Of a stretch of 64,000 nucleotides of DNA, positions 19,670 through 29,752 are shown piece by piece. Origin of the DNA: Chitinophagaceae bacterium (GTDB lineage: Bacteria > Bacteroidota > Bacteroidia > Chitinophagales > Chitinophagaceae); the NCBI GenBank assembly GCA_016786745.1, contig JAEUVS010000006.1:3047-67046 (forward strand). Direction: 5' to 3'. A program made the translations under genes and the position numbers. How positions within the stretch are numbered: the first letter of the stretch is position 1; the number at the start of each line of letters is the position of its first letter. The notes beneath the pieces are model-generated. The model was not told the DNA's origin, did not search any database, and was given only the letters and a program-made list of their open reading frames with translations.

Positions 19670-20188
19670 ATGGAACAACCCCAGGTAGGCATCATTATGG
19701 GCAGCGACAGTGACCTCCCGGTCATGAAGCCCGCGGCTGATTTCCTGAAAGAAATCGGGATACCTTTTGAGCTTACCATCGTATCGGCGCACCGTACACC
19801 GAGAAGAATGATTAAATATGCCGCAGATGCAAGGCAAAGAGGTATGAGGGTGATTATCGCCGGCGCAGGTGGCGCAGCGCATTTGCCGGGCATGGTGGCC
19901 TCTATCACGTCGTTACCCGTTATCGGTGTGCCGGTAAAATCTTCGAACTCTATAGATGGATGGGATTCTGTTCTCTCTATACTTCAGATGCCTAATGGTA
20001 TTCCCGTGGCGACTGTTGCGCTAAACGCTGCGAAGAACGCTGCGATTCTCGCGGCCAGTATTATCGGCGCGTTCGACGAAAAGATCGGGAAGAAGATAGA
20101 TGAGTATAAGAAGCAGATGGAAAATGAGGTGATTAATAAAGCCGGGAAAGTAAAATCTGAGGGTTGGAATAATTTGTTTGACGAGTAG
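19670..20188 (+). CDS. purE: 5-(carboxyamino)imidazole ribonucleotide mutase
   Basis: [14 protein letters not shown] and [13 protein letters not shown] motifs. Confidence 0.95.
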   Translation: MEQPQVGIIMGSDSDLPVMKPAADFLKEIGIPFELTIVSAHRTPRRMIKYAADARQRGMRVIIAGAGGAAHLPGMVASITSLPVIGVPVKSSNSIDGWDSVLSILQMPNGIPVATVALNAAKNAAILAASIIGAFDEKIGKKIDEYKKQMENEVINKAGKVKSEGWNNLFDE

Positions 20189-20232
20189 TTATTATTTTTT
20201 TCTTTTTTTTTAAAAAAAACCGCCGTTTTCAA

Positions 20233-21825
20233 TTAGCACGTCAATATTCTGAATTCCTGCTCCAGCGTCAACGAATACCTGTAAATCATCTTAAAAAAAT
20301 CATCTCCCCATTTCGCATAGAACGGCATAAAATTCTCCACCCTCTCCTGTAATCCATTATTTGGAAACAACGCTTTCTTCAACGCACTAAGCTGTCGTTG
20401 CTGCACCTCAAACTTTCTTCTCTCCGCGCGGAGTAATTTTTTTTCCAGTTCCTGCAAAGGTTTAATTGCACGCGTTTGCAATGCCGCCACATGCGTTGTA
20501 AGTGTTTCGTCTATTTGCTCCGCTACCGACTTCATTTTGTCGTAATACGAATTCACGTGTGTAATTTCGCCCGTAAGCGACAACTGGTTTACCGATTCTC
20601 TTTTTACAAGATCATTTAATAGCACCAGTTCGTCTTTAAATATCCCGGTGACGGGTATACGCAGCTTATCGAGCGACTCTTTCCATTTTTTTTCGAGGAC
20701 GAGGAACGAATTGCGAAGCACCAGCACAGGATAAGGAACATTGTATTTTTCAAATACGCCTTTTAATTCAAGCCAGTATGCGATCTCGCCTCCCCCACCG
20801 ATAAATGCCACGCCGGGCAGAATGGTTTCCTGGAAAAGTCCGCGAAGAATAACATTCGGACTAAACCTTTCCGGGTGATCGTTAAGTTCCTTCCTGATTT
20901 CATCAGCAGAGAAAGTAATATTTGTATTGACGATGCTCCATGTATCACCCGAGCGTTCGATCCGTTCGCGGATATTATCTTTCAGGTAAAACAGATTGAT
21001 ATCGCGGGGTTGCGCCTGTACTTTAAAATCTTCAGATAAACGTGCAATAGAGCGCCTCACAATTTCGGAGGACTGCTGGTTAAACAGTTCATCCTCGAAA
21101 ACAGGAATCATCTTTCTCTTCAGGTTCGCATTGTCGGGAATCAGTACAACTAAACCATATTCACCAAACAGCGCATTCAGAAGTTTGAACGTGGCAGTTT
21201 GAATGTCGGTTTTTTCAGGATAGCATTCTCTGAGCAACTGCACGAGCTTTTTGCCGTATGGCTGAACAGAAAGCTCGCCTTCTATCCTGTTGATAATTTT
21301 GTCGAGACCTTTTGTATTCATTCTGCCTATGGCGCCCGACTGGTTGGTATCCCAATTAATTTTTTCACCATCGAGTGTGATGTTACCCAACTCGTCGAGG
21401 TCGGCATCTTCGCAACCCATATAAAAAACCGGAACAAAATTGTTTCCGGGAAAATGAGTTGAAAGGTGTTCCGCGAGTTTAACCGCGTGTAGAATTTTAT
21501 AAACGAAAAACAGGCTGCCGGTAAATATCGCCGGCTGATGCGCCGTACATATTACAAACGAATTATCGTTAAGCAGCAGGTTGATGTTTTGGTTCACTTT
21601 TTCATGAACCTGCACTGAGCCATATTGTTTCTGCAGCTCACCTACTATAAGTTGTCTGTCGGTCTTGAATTGTTTGCGGGAATTAATTGCAGCGGCAATG
21701 CCTTCGATCGATACGGGGTGTTTATAAAACGGTTGAAGTTTACTATCCGAAGTAGCGTATGCTGTGGCCACTTGAGAAAAGAATCCAGTATCTCCGTAAG
21801 GCAATTGGGTAAATGTACAATCCAT
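20233..21825 (-). CDS. bshC: bacillithiol biosynthesis cysteine-adding enzyme BshC-like
   Basis: 530 aa, the typical BshC length. FYMGCEDADLDELG resembles the BshC WMASEDHD region. C-terminal coiled coil. Confidence 0.75.
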   Translation of the reverse strand: MDCTFTQLPYGDTGFFSQVATAYATSDSKLQPFYKHPVSIEGIAAAINSRKQFKTDRQLIVGELQKQYGSVQVHEKVNQNINLLLNDNSFVICTAHQPAIFTGSLFFVYKILHAVKLAEHLSTHFPGNNFVPVFYMGCEDADLDELGNITLDGEKINWDTNQSGAIGRMNTKGLDKIINRIEGELSVQPYGKKLVQLLRECYPEKTDIQTATFKLLNALFGEYGLVVLIPDNANLKRKMIPVFEDELFNQQSSEIVRRSIARLSEDFKVQAQPRDINLFYLKDNIRERIERSGDTWSIVNTNITFSADEIRKELNDHPERFSPNVILRGLFQETILPGVAFIGGGGEIAYWLELKGVFEKYNVPYPVLVLRNSFLVLEKKWKESLDKLRIPVTGIFKDELVLLNDLVKRESVNQLSLTGEITHVNSYYDKMKSVAEQIDETLTTHVAALQTRAIKPLQELEKKLLRAERRKFEVQQRQLSALKKALFPNNGLQERVENFMPFYAKWGDDFFKMIYRYSLTLEQEFRILTC

Positions 21826-21887
21826 AGTGTCAGTAAAAATAACTACTCTTTACTGCAGCTGTTATAGCGACAATGTATTTTAACTTC

Positions 21888-22712
21888 TTATTTTAACTGG
21901 TAGGCCACTACATTATTCTTGAAGAATGTGGGCACATACACTATTTTGTTTTTGGCATCGTAACCGATATCAGCGGAATTGATTTTTTGCTCGCGGCCGT
22001 CAATTAGCACCTGGGTTGTACCATCACCATTTACATAGTATATCACCCCGGTCCAGCACGATACGATAAACTCGTTGCCCTGAACATTCTCCAGGCCGTC
22101 TGTGCTGCCATCCATACCGTCCGCCAGTTTCTCAAGTTGCCTGTCTTTATCCACCCGGTAAAGTGTACCATTATCGAGGATGTGGATGCTTCCGTTATGA
22201 ACCAATACGCCATTGGGTCCTTTCAGGTTTTCGAGCACCAACGACGGTTTATCGTTTTCAACTTTCCATAACTGTTTCTGGTGCGAATCAGTAACATAAA
22301 CAGTTCCTTTACTATCGGCCGCTACGTCGTTCAGAAATGTGGCGCCGTCAATTTTTACGTGTTTAATGATCTTAGCCCGCTTTATGTCAATAGCAACAAG
22401 TTCATCGATATCGGCCACCCATAAAGTGTTTTTTACAAGCGCCATTCCCTTCGGGGCCTGCAATCCGGGTACCCAATCGGTAGCAATCACTTTTCCGTCC
22501 AGGCCTACTTTGCCAATCGAACCTTTGCCATCTTTTGCGCCGCCTTCGCCATCAATATTTGCAACGTAAAGCACTTTGTTGCCTCCGTCGAACAGAACGG
22601 ATTCAGGTGTTTTCAGCGAAGCCTCGGTTTCCCATTTTTTTTCAAGTGAATGTTGGGCGCGTGTTGAGATTGAAAGCAATGCAAAAGCCGCGAACGTAAA
22701 TAAATATTTCAT
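21888..22712 (-). CDS. secreted six-bladed beta-propeller protein (SMP-30/gluconolactonase/LRE-like)
   Basis: Signal peptide and a repeated G..YV.D / NG..V blade pattern. Confidence 0.65.
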   Translation of the reverse strand: MKYLFTFAAFALLSISTRAQHSLEKKWETEASLKTPESVLFDGGNKVLYVANIDGEGGAKDGKGSIGKVGLDGKVIATDWVPGLQAPKGMALVKNTLWVADIDELVAIDIKRAKIIKHVKIDGATFLNDVAADSKGTVYVTDSHQKQLWKVENDKPSLVLENLKGPNGVLVHNGSIHILDNGTLYRVDKDRQLEKLADGMDGSTDGLENVQGNEFIVSCWTGVIYYVNGDGTTQVLIDGREQKINSADIGYDAKNKIVYVPTFFKNNVVAYQLK

Positions 22713-22750
22713 GGTTGCTTTTTTGTGTGGATAAGCAATTTATGAAATAC

Positions 22751-23920
22751 TTATTTCTTCACCGAAAACTTATAAATAGTGGCTTGATTGAAAGTTTCTC
22801 CGGGTCTTAAGATAGTATTTGGAAATGATGGCTGATTCGGCGAATCCGGGAAATGCTGCGCCTCAAGTGCAAGCCCGCCATTTTTAACATACTTCATACC
22901 GTTCTTTCCGGTAAGCGAACCATCGAGGAAATTACCTGAATAAAACTGAACGCCAGGCTCGGTAGTGAACAACTCCATATAACGGCCCGAGTTCGGATCG
23001 AGTACTGTTACTGCGAGCTCCGGCTCAGTGGTGGATTTTTTATTCAGAACATACGTATGGTCATAACCTCCCGCTACCTTGGCGATGTCGCTGCCGATTG
23101 TCGCCGGCACAGTGAAATCCATTGAGGTACCCTTCACCGGGAGCAATTCCGAAGTAGGGATCAGTTCATTATCCACCGCCACGTATTTGTCGGCATTGAT
23201 AAATATTTCGTGGCCGAGTATCGTGGAATCTTTACCTGCACTCAGGTTGAAGTAACTATGGTTAGTAATGTTTACCGCTGTCGGCTTATCGGTAGTGGCT
23301 GTGTATTCTATCTTCAGCTCATTATTCTGCGACAAAGAATATTTCACTTCCACTTTGCAGTTGCCGGGAAAACCTTCTTCACCATCTTTGCTTAGGTAAG
23401 AGAATTTAATGCTGCTGTCGCCGGGTAACAATTCAGCATCCCAGAATTTTCTGTTGAAACCATTGATGCCACCGTGCAGCGTGTTGCCGTTATTGTTAAT
23501 GGGTAGCTGATAACTTTTCCCGTCAATAGAAAATTTTCCTTTTGCGATCCTGTTCGCATATCTTCCGGTAATACATCCGAAATACGGATTTTCTTTTTTC
23601 AGGTAACCATCCATCGAATCAAATCCGAGAACCACATCGCCGAAATTTCCACTACTGTCGGGCACCATGATGTTTGTTATCGTACCTCCGTAGTTGATCA
23701 GTTTTACTTCCATTCCACCCGCATTTTTCAGGGTGTACTGCGTAATTTCCTTTCCGTCGGCATTTCCATATTTCTGTTGTAATACAGAAGATGTTTTTGA
23801 TGTAGGCATAGTGTCCGATGTTAAATTTTCATTTGCATTGTGACCGCTTCCACCGCATGCAGTAATAAGGTTGACCGCTCCGAAAAACAAAAGTGTCGCA
23901 GAAATACGTAGTGTGATCAT
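22751..23920 (-). CDS. galM: aldose 1-epimerase (galactose mutarotase), lipoprotein form
   Basis: GRYANRIAKGKFSIDGKSYQLPINNNGNTLHGG plus the C-terminal mutarotase pattern. N-terminal lipobox LITAC. Confidence 0.9.
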   Translation of the reverse strand: MITLRISATLLFFGAVNLITACGGSGHNANENLTSDTMPTSKTSSVLQQKYGNADGKEITQYTLKNAGGMEVKLINYGGTITNIMVPDSSGNFGDVVLGFDSMDGYLKKENPYFGCITGRYANRIAKGKFSIDGKSYQLPINNNGNTLHGGINGFNRKFWDAELLPGDSSIKFSYLSKDGEEGFPGNCKVEVKYSLSQNNELKIEYTATTDKPTAVNITNHSYFNLSAGKDSTILGHEIFINADKYVAVDNELIPTSELLPVKGTSMDFTVPATIGSDIAKVAGGYDHTYVLNKKSTTEPELAVTVLDPNSGRYMELFTTEPGVQFYSGNFLDGSLTGKNGMKYVKNGGLALEAQHFPDSPNQPSFPNTILRPGETFNQATIYKFSVKK

Positions 23921-23932
23921 GAAACGTTTTAT

Positions 23933-25246
23933 TTAGTTTGAGATAACGTCTGCTTCCAGGTCGTAGTCGTATGCTTTTGTTATACGCGCGTGTACAAATT
24001 CGCCGATGGTTAATTTCCCTGCACTATTCAGAATTACTTCGTTGTCTACTTCAACACTATCGAATTCTGTTCTGCCGAGGTACCTTCCGGATTCTTTCTT
24101 ATCAACAAAAACTTTGAAAACGCCTCCGATTTTTTCCTGGTTCTTTTCAAAAGATATCTGTTGCTGCACCTCCATGATTTCCTGCGCGCGCTCTTCTTTT
24201 TCTTCCTGCGGTATATCGTCTGAAAGATCGTAAGCGCCCGTATTCTCTTCATGGCTGTAGGTGAATGTTCCTACCCTGTCGAACCGGTGCTGGCGGAGAA
24301 ATGCTTTCAACTGTTCAACATCATCTCTCGTTTCACCGGGAAATCCTGCGATAAGTGTTGTGCGCAAACATATGCCAGGTACTTTCTCGCGGATCGTTGC
24401 AATGAGTTCATCCATTTCCGGCTTTGTGATCTGGCGCCTCATCGCCTTCAGCATATTGTCGCTTGCATGCTGCAGTGGCATGTCGAGGTAGTTGCAGATA
24501 TTATCGCGCTCTCTTATTGTGTCGAGTATTTCAAGAGGAAATTTTGAAGGATAAGCATAGTGAAGCCTGATCCATTCCAGTCCCTTTATATCCGCGAGCC
24601 TGTTGAGCAGGTCGGGTAACATTCGTTTTTTATAGATGTCGAGCCCATAGTAGGTAAGTTCCTGCGCGATCAGCATAATTTCCTTTACACCGGTGCTCAC
24701 CAGGTGAGTGGCTTCTTTCACAAGATCTTCGATGCTGCGGCTTATATGCCGGCCTCTCATCAACGGGATCGCGCAGAACGCACAGGTGCGGTTGCAACCT
24801 TCGGAAATCTTTAAATACGCATAATGTTTGGGAGTGGCCAGCAGCCGTTCTCCTAACAACTCCGAACGATAATCGGCATTCAGTTGCCTCAGCAATGATT
24901 GCAGCTCCATCGTGCCGAAATATGCGTCTACTTCGGGTATCTCCTGCTCAAGATTATTTTTATACCGCTCGCTGAGGCAGCCGGTGACAAATACTTTGTC
25001 GAGCTTCCCGCTTTTTTTCAGGTTAACCTGCGAGAGGATAGTATTGATGGATTCTTCTTTTGCTTTATCAATAAAGCCGCAGGTGTTTACCACTACGATG
25101 TTATGATCAAGCTTCCTGTTTTCGTGCACCACGTCAATATCATTGGCCGCAAGCTGGCCGCTGAGCACTTCGCTGTCAACAAGGTTTTTGCTGCATCCGA
25201 GTGTGATGATATTAACCTTATCTCTCTTTAATGTTTTTGATTTCAT
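23933..25246 (-). CDS. rimO: ribosomal protein S12 methylthiotransferase
   Basis: Starts MKSKTLKRDKVNIITLGCSKN. Radical-SAM motif CNRTCAFC and a C-terminal TRAM domain. The 67 codons upstream in the ORF track overlap the preceding gene and are not used. Confidence 0.93.
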   Translation of the reverse strand: MKSKTLKRDKVNIITLGCSKNLVDSEVLSGQLAANDIDVVHENRKLDHNIVVVNTCGFIDKAKEESINTILSQVNLKKSGKLDKVFVTGCLSERYKNNLEQEIPEVDAYFGTMELQSLLRQLNADYRSELLGERLLATPKHYAYLKISEGCNRTCAFCAIPLMRGRHISRSIEDLVKEATHLVSTGVKEIMLIAQELTYYGLDIYKKRMLPDLLNRLADIKGLEWIRLHYAYPSKFPLEILDTIRERDNICNYLDMPLQHASDNMLKAMRRQITKPEMDELIATIREKVPGICLRTTLIAGFPGETRDDVEQLKAFLRQHRFDRVGTFTYSHEENTGAYDLSDDIPQEEKEERAQEIMEVQQQISFEKNQEKIGGVFKVFVDKKESGRYLGRTEFDSVEVDNEVILNSAGKLTIGEFVHARITKAYDYDLEADVISN

Positions 25247-25247
25247 T

Positions 25248-25727
25248 CTAATTAAAACAAAACCTGATTCCGAGGCCAAAACGTGCCGGCTCAAAATCAG
25301 AATCATCGCCGATGGCGAATGTCGGGCGCCAATCGAACGAAAACGAAAGCGGAACGCCATCAATTTTATAATCCAGTCCACCTTCAGGACGTAACAGGAA
25401 CGCTGAATTGTGTTCCGCGATAGCGGCACCCGCGCCTGCACCTGCAAACCATCTCAGTCCCGGGGCGCCTTCAATTTCGTCGTGATATTCGTAGAAACCT
25501 TCAATAAATGATACGCCGTCGCCGAAAAGTACTTCAAATTTTCCGACGTTGTGTTCGGTAAAAAAGTGTTTGTAAGAAGGACCAACCAATGTGCTGCCAT
25601 CACCAAAATCAATTCCTAAACCGATAGCGTTACGGTAAGAGCTTCCGTTCGAAGCCTGTGCGGATACGCGCGAAGTCGACAACACCAGAAAAACAGCAAT
25701 TAAACCAATGAACAATCTAGTTCTCAT
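25248..25727 (-). CDS. small outer-membrane beta-barrel protein
   Basis: Signal peptide MRTRLFIGLIAVFLVLSTSRVSAQ, alternating beta-strand pattern and an aromatic C-terminus (GIRFCFN). The stop is 1 nt before the rimO start. Confidence 0.7.
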   Translation of the reverse strand: MRTRLFIGLIAVFLVLSTSRVSAQASNGSSYRNAIGLGIDFGDGSTLVGPSYKHFFTEHNVGKFEVLFGDGVSFIEGFYEYHDEIEGAPGLRWFAGAGAGAAIAEHNSAFLLRPEGGLDYKIDGVPLSFSFDWRPTFAIGDDSDFEPARFGLGIRFCFN

Positions 25728-25791
25728 AAAATTAAATTTGTGCAAAGAAAAGAAGTTTTTATGTATCAGTTTCAGTGCAAATCACGCGCCT

Positions 25792-26748
25792 CTAGTCGGG
25801 TTTAAACAAACTATCCACGAATTCGCGCTTGTTAAAAACCAACAAATCATCCACCTTCTCACCTACTCCGATAAATTTTACCGGTATTTTAAACTGGTTC
25901 GCAATCGCAAGAACAACACCTCCTTTGGCCGTTCCGTCTAATTTTGTGATCGCAATTGCCGATACGTCGGTTGCTGCCGTAAAATGTTTTGCCTGTTCAA
26001 GTGCGTTTTGCCCGGTTGACCCGTCAAGTACAAGGAGTACTTCATGCGGCGCATCGGGAATTATTTTACCCATCACTCTTTTGATCTTCGAAAGTTCATC
26101 CATCAGGTGGGCCTTGTTGTGAAGCCGCCCGGCGGTATCGATTATCGCTACATCAACATTCTTTGCCACTGCGCTCTGCACGGTGTCGAACGCTACAGAT
26201 GCGGGATCGGAACCCATAGGCTGTTTGATGATGGGAACGCCTGTCCGTTCGCTCCAGATGGTAAGCTGGTCAACCGCGGCCGCACGGAAGGTGTCTGCTG
26301 CACCTAATAGAACCGATTTGCCGGCCTTTTTAAACTGGTGCGATAGTTTTCCGATGGTGGTTGTTTTGCCGGCGCCATTCACACCTACTACAAGAATGAT
26401 GTATGGCCTGGTGGGAAGGTCGGAATCGAATGTGTAGGAACCCGGGGGCGGATCGGTGAGCACGCCTTCAATTTCTTCCTTAAGCAACCGGTTCAGGTCA
26501 CTGGTACCCATGTATTTGTCGCGTGCAACGCGCTTCTCGATACGGTCGATAATCTGGACGGTGGTGTCGATACCAACATCCGCGCTGACGAGGGCATTTT
26601 CGAGGTCGTCGAGCACTTCTTCGTCGACAGTAGACTTACCGGCTACGGCTTTGGTGATTTTTGAAAGAAATCCTTCCTTGGTTTTCTGCAGACCCTGGTC
26701 GAGCGATTCTTTTTCCTTTTTGCCGAAGATCTTATCGAAAAATCCCAT
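25792..26748 (-). CDS. ftsY: signal recognition particle receptor FtsY
   Basis: GVNGAGKTTTIGKL, DTAGR and TKLDG GTPase motifs. Confidence 0.95.
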   Translation of the reverse strand: MGFFDKIFGKKEKESLDQGLQKTKEGFLSKITKAVAGKSTVDEEVLDDLENALVSADVGIDTTVQIIDRIEKRVARDKYMGTSDLNRLLKEEIEGVLTDPPPGSYTFDSDLPTRPYIILVVGVNGAGKTTTIGKLSHQFKKAGKSVLLGAADTFRAAAVDQLTIWSERTGVPIIKQPMGSDPASVAFDTVQSAVAKNVDVAIIDTAGRLHNKAHLMDELSKIKRVMGKIIPDAPHEVLLVLDGSTGQNALEQAKHFTAATDVSAIAITKLDGTAKGGVVLAIANQFKIPVKFIGVGEKVDDLLVFNKREFVDSLFKPD

Positions 26749-26826
26749 CCGGAATATATTTAAGTCATTAAAAACAAAAAGCCGTTCTTGGCGGGAACAG
26801 CTTCGTGATGGTACTTACCTTTCCAA

Positions 26827-27000
26827 TTATTTCTGAGCGAGGTATTCTTTTACCTTATCCTTGTGGACGATAGCCTCTTTAAAAGTGTACGCGCCTGATT
26901 TAGGACTACGAACTGCACGTATCACCTTGGTCCAGTTCTTAGCTTCAGCGGCTGCCTTCTGGTCCTTCGTTTTTATCGCGGTTTTAGCTGCTTTTGCCAT
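26827..27000 (-). CDS. DUF4295 small protein
   Basis: 57-aa ORF below the ORF-track cut-off: MAKAAKTAIKTKDQKAAAEAKNWTKVIRAVRSPKSGAYTFKEAIVHKDKVKEYLAQK. It sits between rpmG and ftsY as in other Bacteroidota. Confidence 0.75.
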   Translation of the reverse strand: MAKAAKTAIKTKDQKAAAEAKNWTKVIRAVRSPKSGAYTFKEAIVHKDKVKEYLAQK

Positions 27001-27008
27001 GATATGGG

Positions 27009-27191
27009 TTATTTAATTTCTTTATGAATGGTGTACTTCTTCAGGTTCGGGTTGTATTTCTTTAACTCAAGCCTTTCAGGAGTGTTTTTCTTGTTCTTTG
27101 TGCTGATATAACGGCTGGTTCCCGGCACATCTGTGGTTTTCTGCTCGGTGCATTCCAAAATGATCTGGACCCTGCTTCCTTTCTTTGCCAT
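27009..27191 (-). CDS. rpmG: 50S ribosomal protein L33
   Basis: 60 aa: [16 protein letters not shown]...[21 protein letters not shown]. Confidence 0.95.
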   Translation of the reverse strand: MAKKGSRVQIILECTEQKTTDVPGTSRYISTKNKKNTPERLELKKYNPNLKKYTIHKEIK

Positions 27192-27232
27192 TGTTGTTGG
27201 AGTTTATTTTGAGCCTGTTGCCAGGCAAATGA

Positions 27233-27469
27233 TCAGATTTTGTGACCTTCGGCCCTCAGCTGCTTTACTACGCTGTAAAGACCATTTTTGTTAATAGTAC
27301 GGATACCTTCTGTTGAAAGCTTCAGCGTAATCCACCTGTCTTCCTCGGCAAGAAAATAACGCTTGGTCTGCAAATTCGGCAGAAACCTGCGCTTGGTCTT
27401 GATATTCGAGTGCGACACCGTATGCCCGGTTACAGGGACCTTACCAGTTATCTGACAAATTCTTGACAT
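27233..27469 (-). CDS. rpmB: 50S ribosomal protein L28
   Basis: Starts MSRICQITGKVPVTGHTVSHSNIKTKRRF. The ATG at 27469 is used rather than the longer track ORF. Confidence 0.95.
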   Translation of the reverse strand: MSRICQITGKVPVTGHTVSHSNIKTKRRFLPNLQTKRYFLAEEDRWITLKLSTEGIRTINKNGLYSVVKQLRAEGHKI

Positions 27470-27558
27470 GACGAAATTTTTGGACGGCAAAGGTCGGAAA
27501 AGATTATTAAACAGCCAAATAGATTTAACCTTACGGGAACAAGATTTTAATCTATTTT

Positions 27559-27638
27559 GGGGAGAAGGAAGAGGGGAAAGGGAAGAGGTCAGAACATTGT
27601 AAAATCACACCTCTTACGTCTCCCCTCTCCTCTTTTCT
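27559..27638. repeat. homopurine arm / loop / homopyrimidine arm inverted repeat (copy 2)
   Basis: 30-nt all-purine run at 27559-27588, a 21-nt loop, and a pyrimidine-rich arm at 27610-27638 that ends 12 nt before the ppk1 ATG. Confidence 0.6.
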
Positions 27639-27649
27639 AAAACCATCAA

Positions 27650-29752
27650 ATGTCTCAAAATAAACGCAAAACAATCCCCCGCGATATAAGCTGGCTTTCT
27701 TTCAACGCCCGCGTGCTCCAGGAAGCAGCAGACCCCTCAGTGCCCCTCAAAGAAAAGATAAAATTTCTCGGCATCTTCTCCAACAATACCGACGAGTTCT
27801 TCAGGGTAAGGGTCGCTACCCTGAAAAGAATGGTGGATTTCGGGCCAAAGCTCAGGAATATGCACCTGGAACAGGATCCTGCCGACATATTAAAGGAAAT
27901 CCAGGACATAGTGCTCGACCAACAGGGCGAATTCAACCGCATCTGGGAGCAGGCAAAAGAAGAACTTGCCATCAATAACATATATCTCGTCAGCGACAAC
28001 GAATTAAATGAGGAACAGCAGAAGTTCGTGACCCAGTTTTTTCAGCAGGAAGTACGTTCGAACATTATCCCGCTGATGGTGGAAGGCATCTCCCACCTGC
28101 CCTACCTGCGCGAAAAATCCATTTACCTCGGCGTGGTCCTTTCGAAAAGCGACCATAGCCTGAAGCGGAAATATTCTATTATCGAGGTGCCGTCTAAAAC
28201 CCTCGGAAGGTTCAAGGAACTCCCGTCGCCGGGCAATGAACATCATATTATTCTGCTCGAAGATGTGATTCGCTTCAATCTCAAAAATATCTTCTCCTTT
28301 TTCGGGTACGATCATTACGACTCATGGATATTCAAAGTAACCCGTGACGCGGAAATGGATATCGACAATGACATATCGACCTCCTTCATTCAAAAAATTG
28401 AGAAGGGACTGAAAAACAGGCGCAAGGGTAAGCCGGTTCGTTTCGTGTACGACCGCAATATGGACCCGTCGTTACTCGAATTTCTGATGGTGAAGCTTAA
28501 CCTGTCGAAGAAAGACAGTCTCATTCCCGGCGGACGCATCCATAATTTCCGGCATTTTATGGATTTCCCCGATGTGTTTCCTCAAAAGAGTAAAAGAAAG
28601 AAACCCTTTATGCATCCTGCATTGGTTAACGCGCAACGTGTAACGGATGTGGTGCTTAAGCGGGATGTGATGCTGAATTTCCCCTATCACTCTTTTGATC
28701 CTGTAATAGACCTCCTGAGAGAGGCCGCGATCGATCCCAGCGTAACGGGTATAAAGATTACGGCTTACAGGCTGGCCGCAGATTCAAAGATTGTAAACGC
28801 CCTGGTGAATGCGGTACGCAACGGTAAATCGGTTACGGTGATGCTGGAACTGCGGGCGCGGTTCGATGAAGAGGCGAATATAGAGTGGAAAGACTACCTC
28901 GAACTCGAAGGCGTAAAAGTGCTCATCAGCATTCCTAACCTTAAGGTACATGCGAAGATTTGCCTTATCACGAAAAAAGTAGAAAAGAAAAATATACAAT
29001 ATGGATTTGTGAGCACCGGCAATATGAATGAAAAAACCGCCGGCGTTTACGGCGACCACTGCCTGCTCACCGCCGATAAGGGTATCATGTCGGATGTTAC
29101 GCGGATATTCAGCTATCTCGAAAACTGGAAAAACGGGATGCAGTCGCTAAAGAATTGCAGCAGCCTCATCCCCTGCCCCACTTCGCTTCGCCAGGAGCTT
29201 ATGAAATGGATAAACAGGGAGATTAAGTATGCGAAGGAAGGAAGAGACGCGGTGATATGTTTAAAGATGAACTCGCTTTCCGATGAACAGTTGATCGAGA
29301 AACTGTACGACGCTGCAAAGAGCGGCGTAAAAATCTACCTGATCATCCGGGGTATATTCTGTATGTACTCGGAAAACAAAAAATTTACTTATCCTATTAA
29401 AGCGATCAGCATTGTTGATGAATATCTCGAACATGCGAGAATGTTTGTGTTTCACAACGGAGGTAATGAAAAGGTGTATATTTCGTCGGCCGACTGGATG
29501 GTTCGCAATCTCGACCACAGGATTGAAGTGACCTGCCCGGTTAAAGATCCCGGTATTAAAAGAACACTTATCGAGATGTTCAATATCCAGCTGTCTGATA
29601 ATGTGAAGGCGCGTATTCTCGATAATGAGTTAAGCAACCGCTATGTTGAAAAAAATGGCGATGAACGTATACGTTCCCAGGAAGAAATTTATAATTTCCT
29701 GCAGCAGTTTAACGAGGTAAAAACTGAAGTAAATGCGATTGGCAGCTATTGA
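27650..29752 (+). CDS. ppk1: polyphosphate kinase 1
   Basis: 700 aa. N-terminal DISWLSFNARVLQEA and PLD-like HKD motifs (KVHAKICLI). Confidence 0.97.
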   Translation: MSQNKRKTIPRDISWLSFNARVLQEAADPSVPLKEKIKFLGIFSNNTDEFFRVRVATLKRMVDFGPKLRNMHLEQDPADILKEIQDIVLDQQGEFNRIWEQAKEELAINNIYLVSDNELNEEQQKFVTQFFQQEVRSNIIPLMVEGISHLPYLREKSIYLGVVLSKSDHSLKRKYSIIEVPSKTLGRFKELPSPGNEHHIILLEDVIRFNLKNIFSFFGYDHYDSWIFKVTRDAEMDIDNDISTSFIQKIEKGLKNRRKGKPVRFVYDRNMDPSLLEFLMVKLNLSKKDSLIPGGRIHNFRHFMDFPDVFPQKSKRKKPFMHPALVNAQRVTDVVLKRDVMLNFPYHSFDPVIDLLREAAIDPSVTGIKITAYRLAADSKIVNALVNAVRNGKSVTVMLELRARFDEEANIEWKDYLELEGVKVLISIPNLKVHAKICLITKKVEKKNIQYGFVSTGNMNEKTAGVYGDHCLLTADKGIMSDVTRIFSYLENWKNGMQSLKNCSSLIPCPTSLRQELMKWINREIKYAKEGRDAVICLKMNSLSDEQLIEKLYDAAKSGVKIYLIIRGIFCMYSENKKFTYPIKAISIVDEYLEHARMFVFHNGGNEKVYISSADWMVRNLDHRIEVTCPVKDPGIKRTLIEMFNIQLSDNVKARILDNELSNRYVEKNGDERIRSQEEIYNFLQQFNEVKTEVNAIGSY

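Noticed and set aside
25247-25447. N-terminal extensions in the ORF track for rimO (to 25447), hutU (to 45839), hutH (from 57994), the RPH-like gene (from 50777), rpmB (to 27490) and pirin (from 53447).
   Set aside because: The extensions overlap neighbouring genes or intergenic hairpins, and they lack homology-like sequence. Internal ATGs give canonical N-termini (e.g. MKSKTLKRDKVNIITLGCSKN for RimO).
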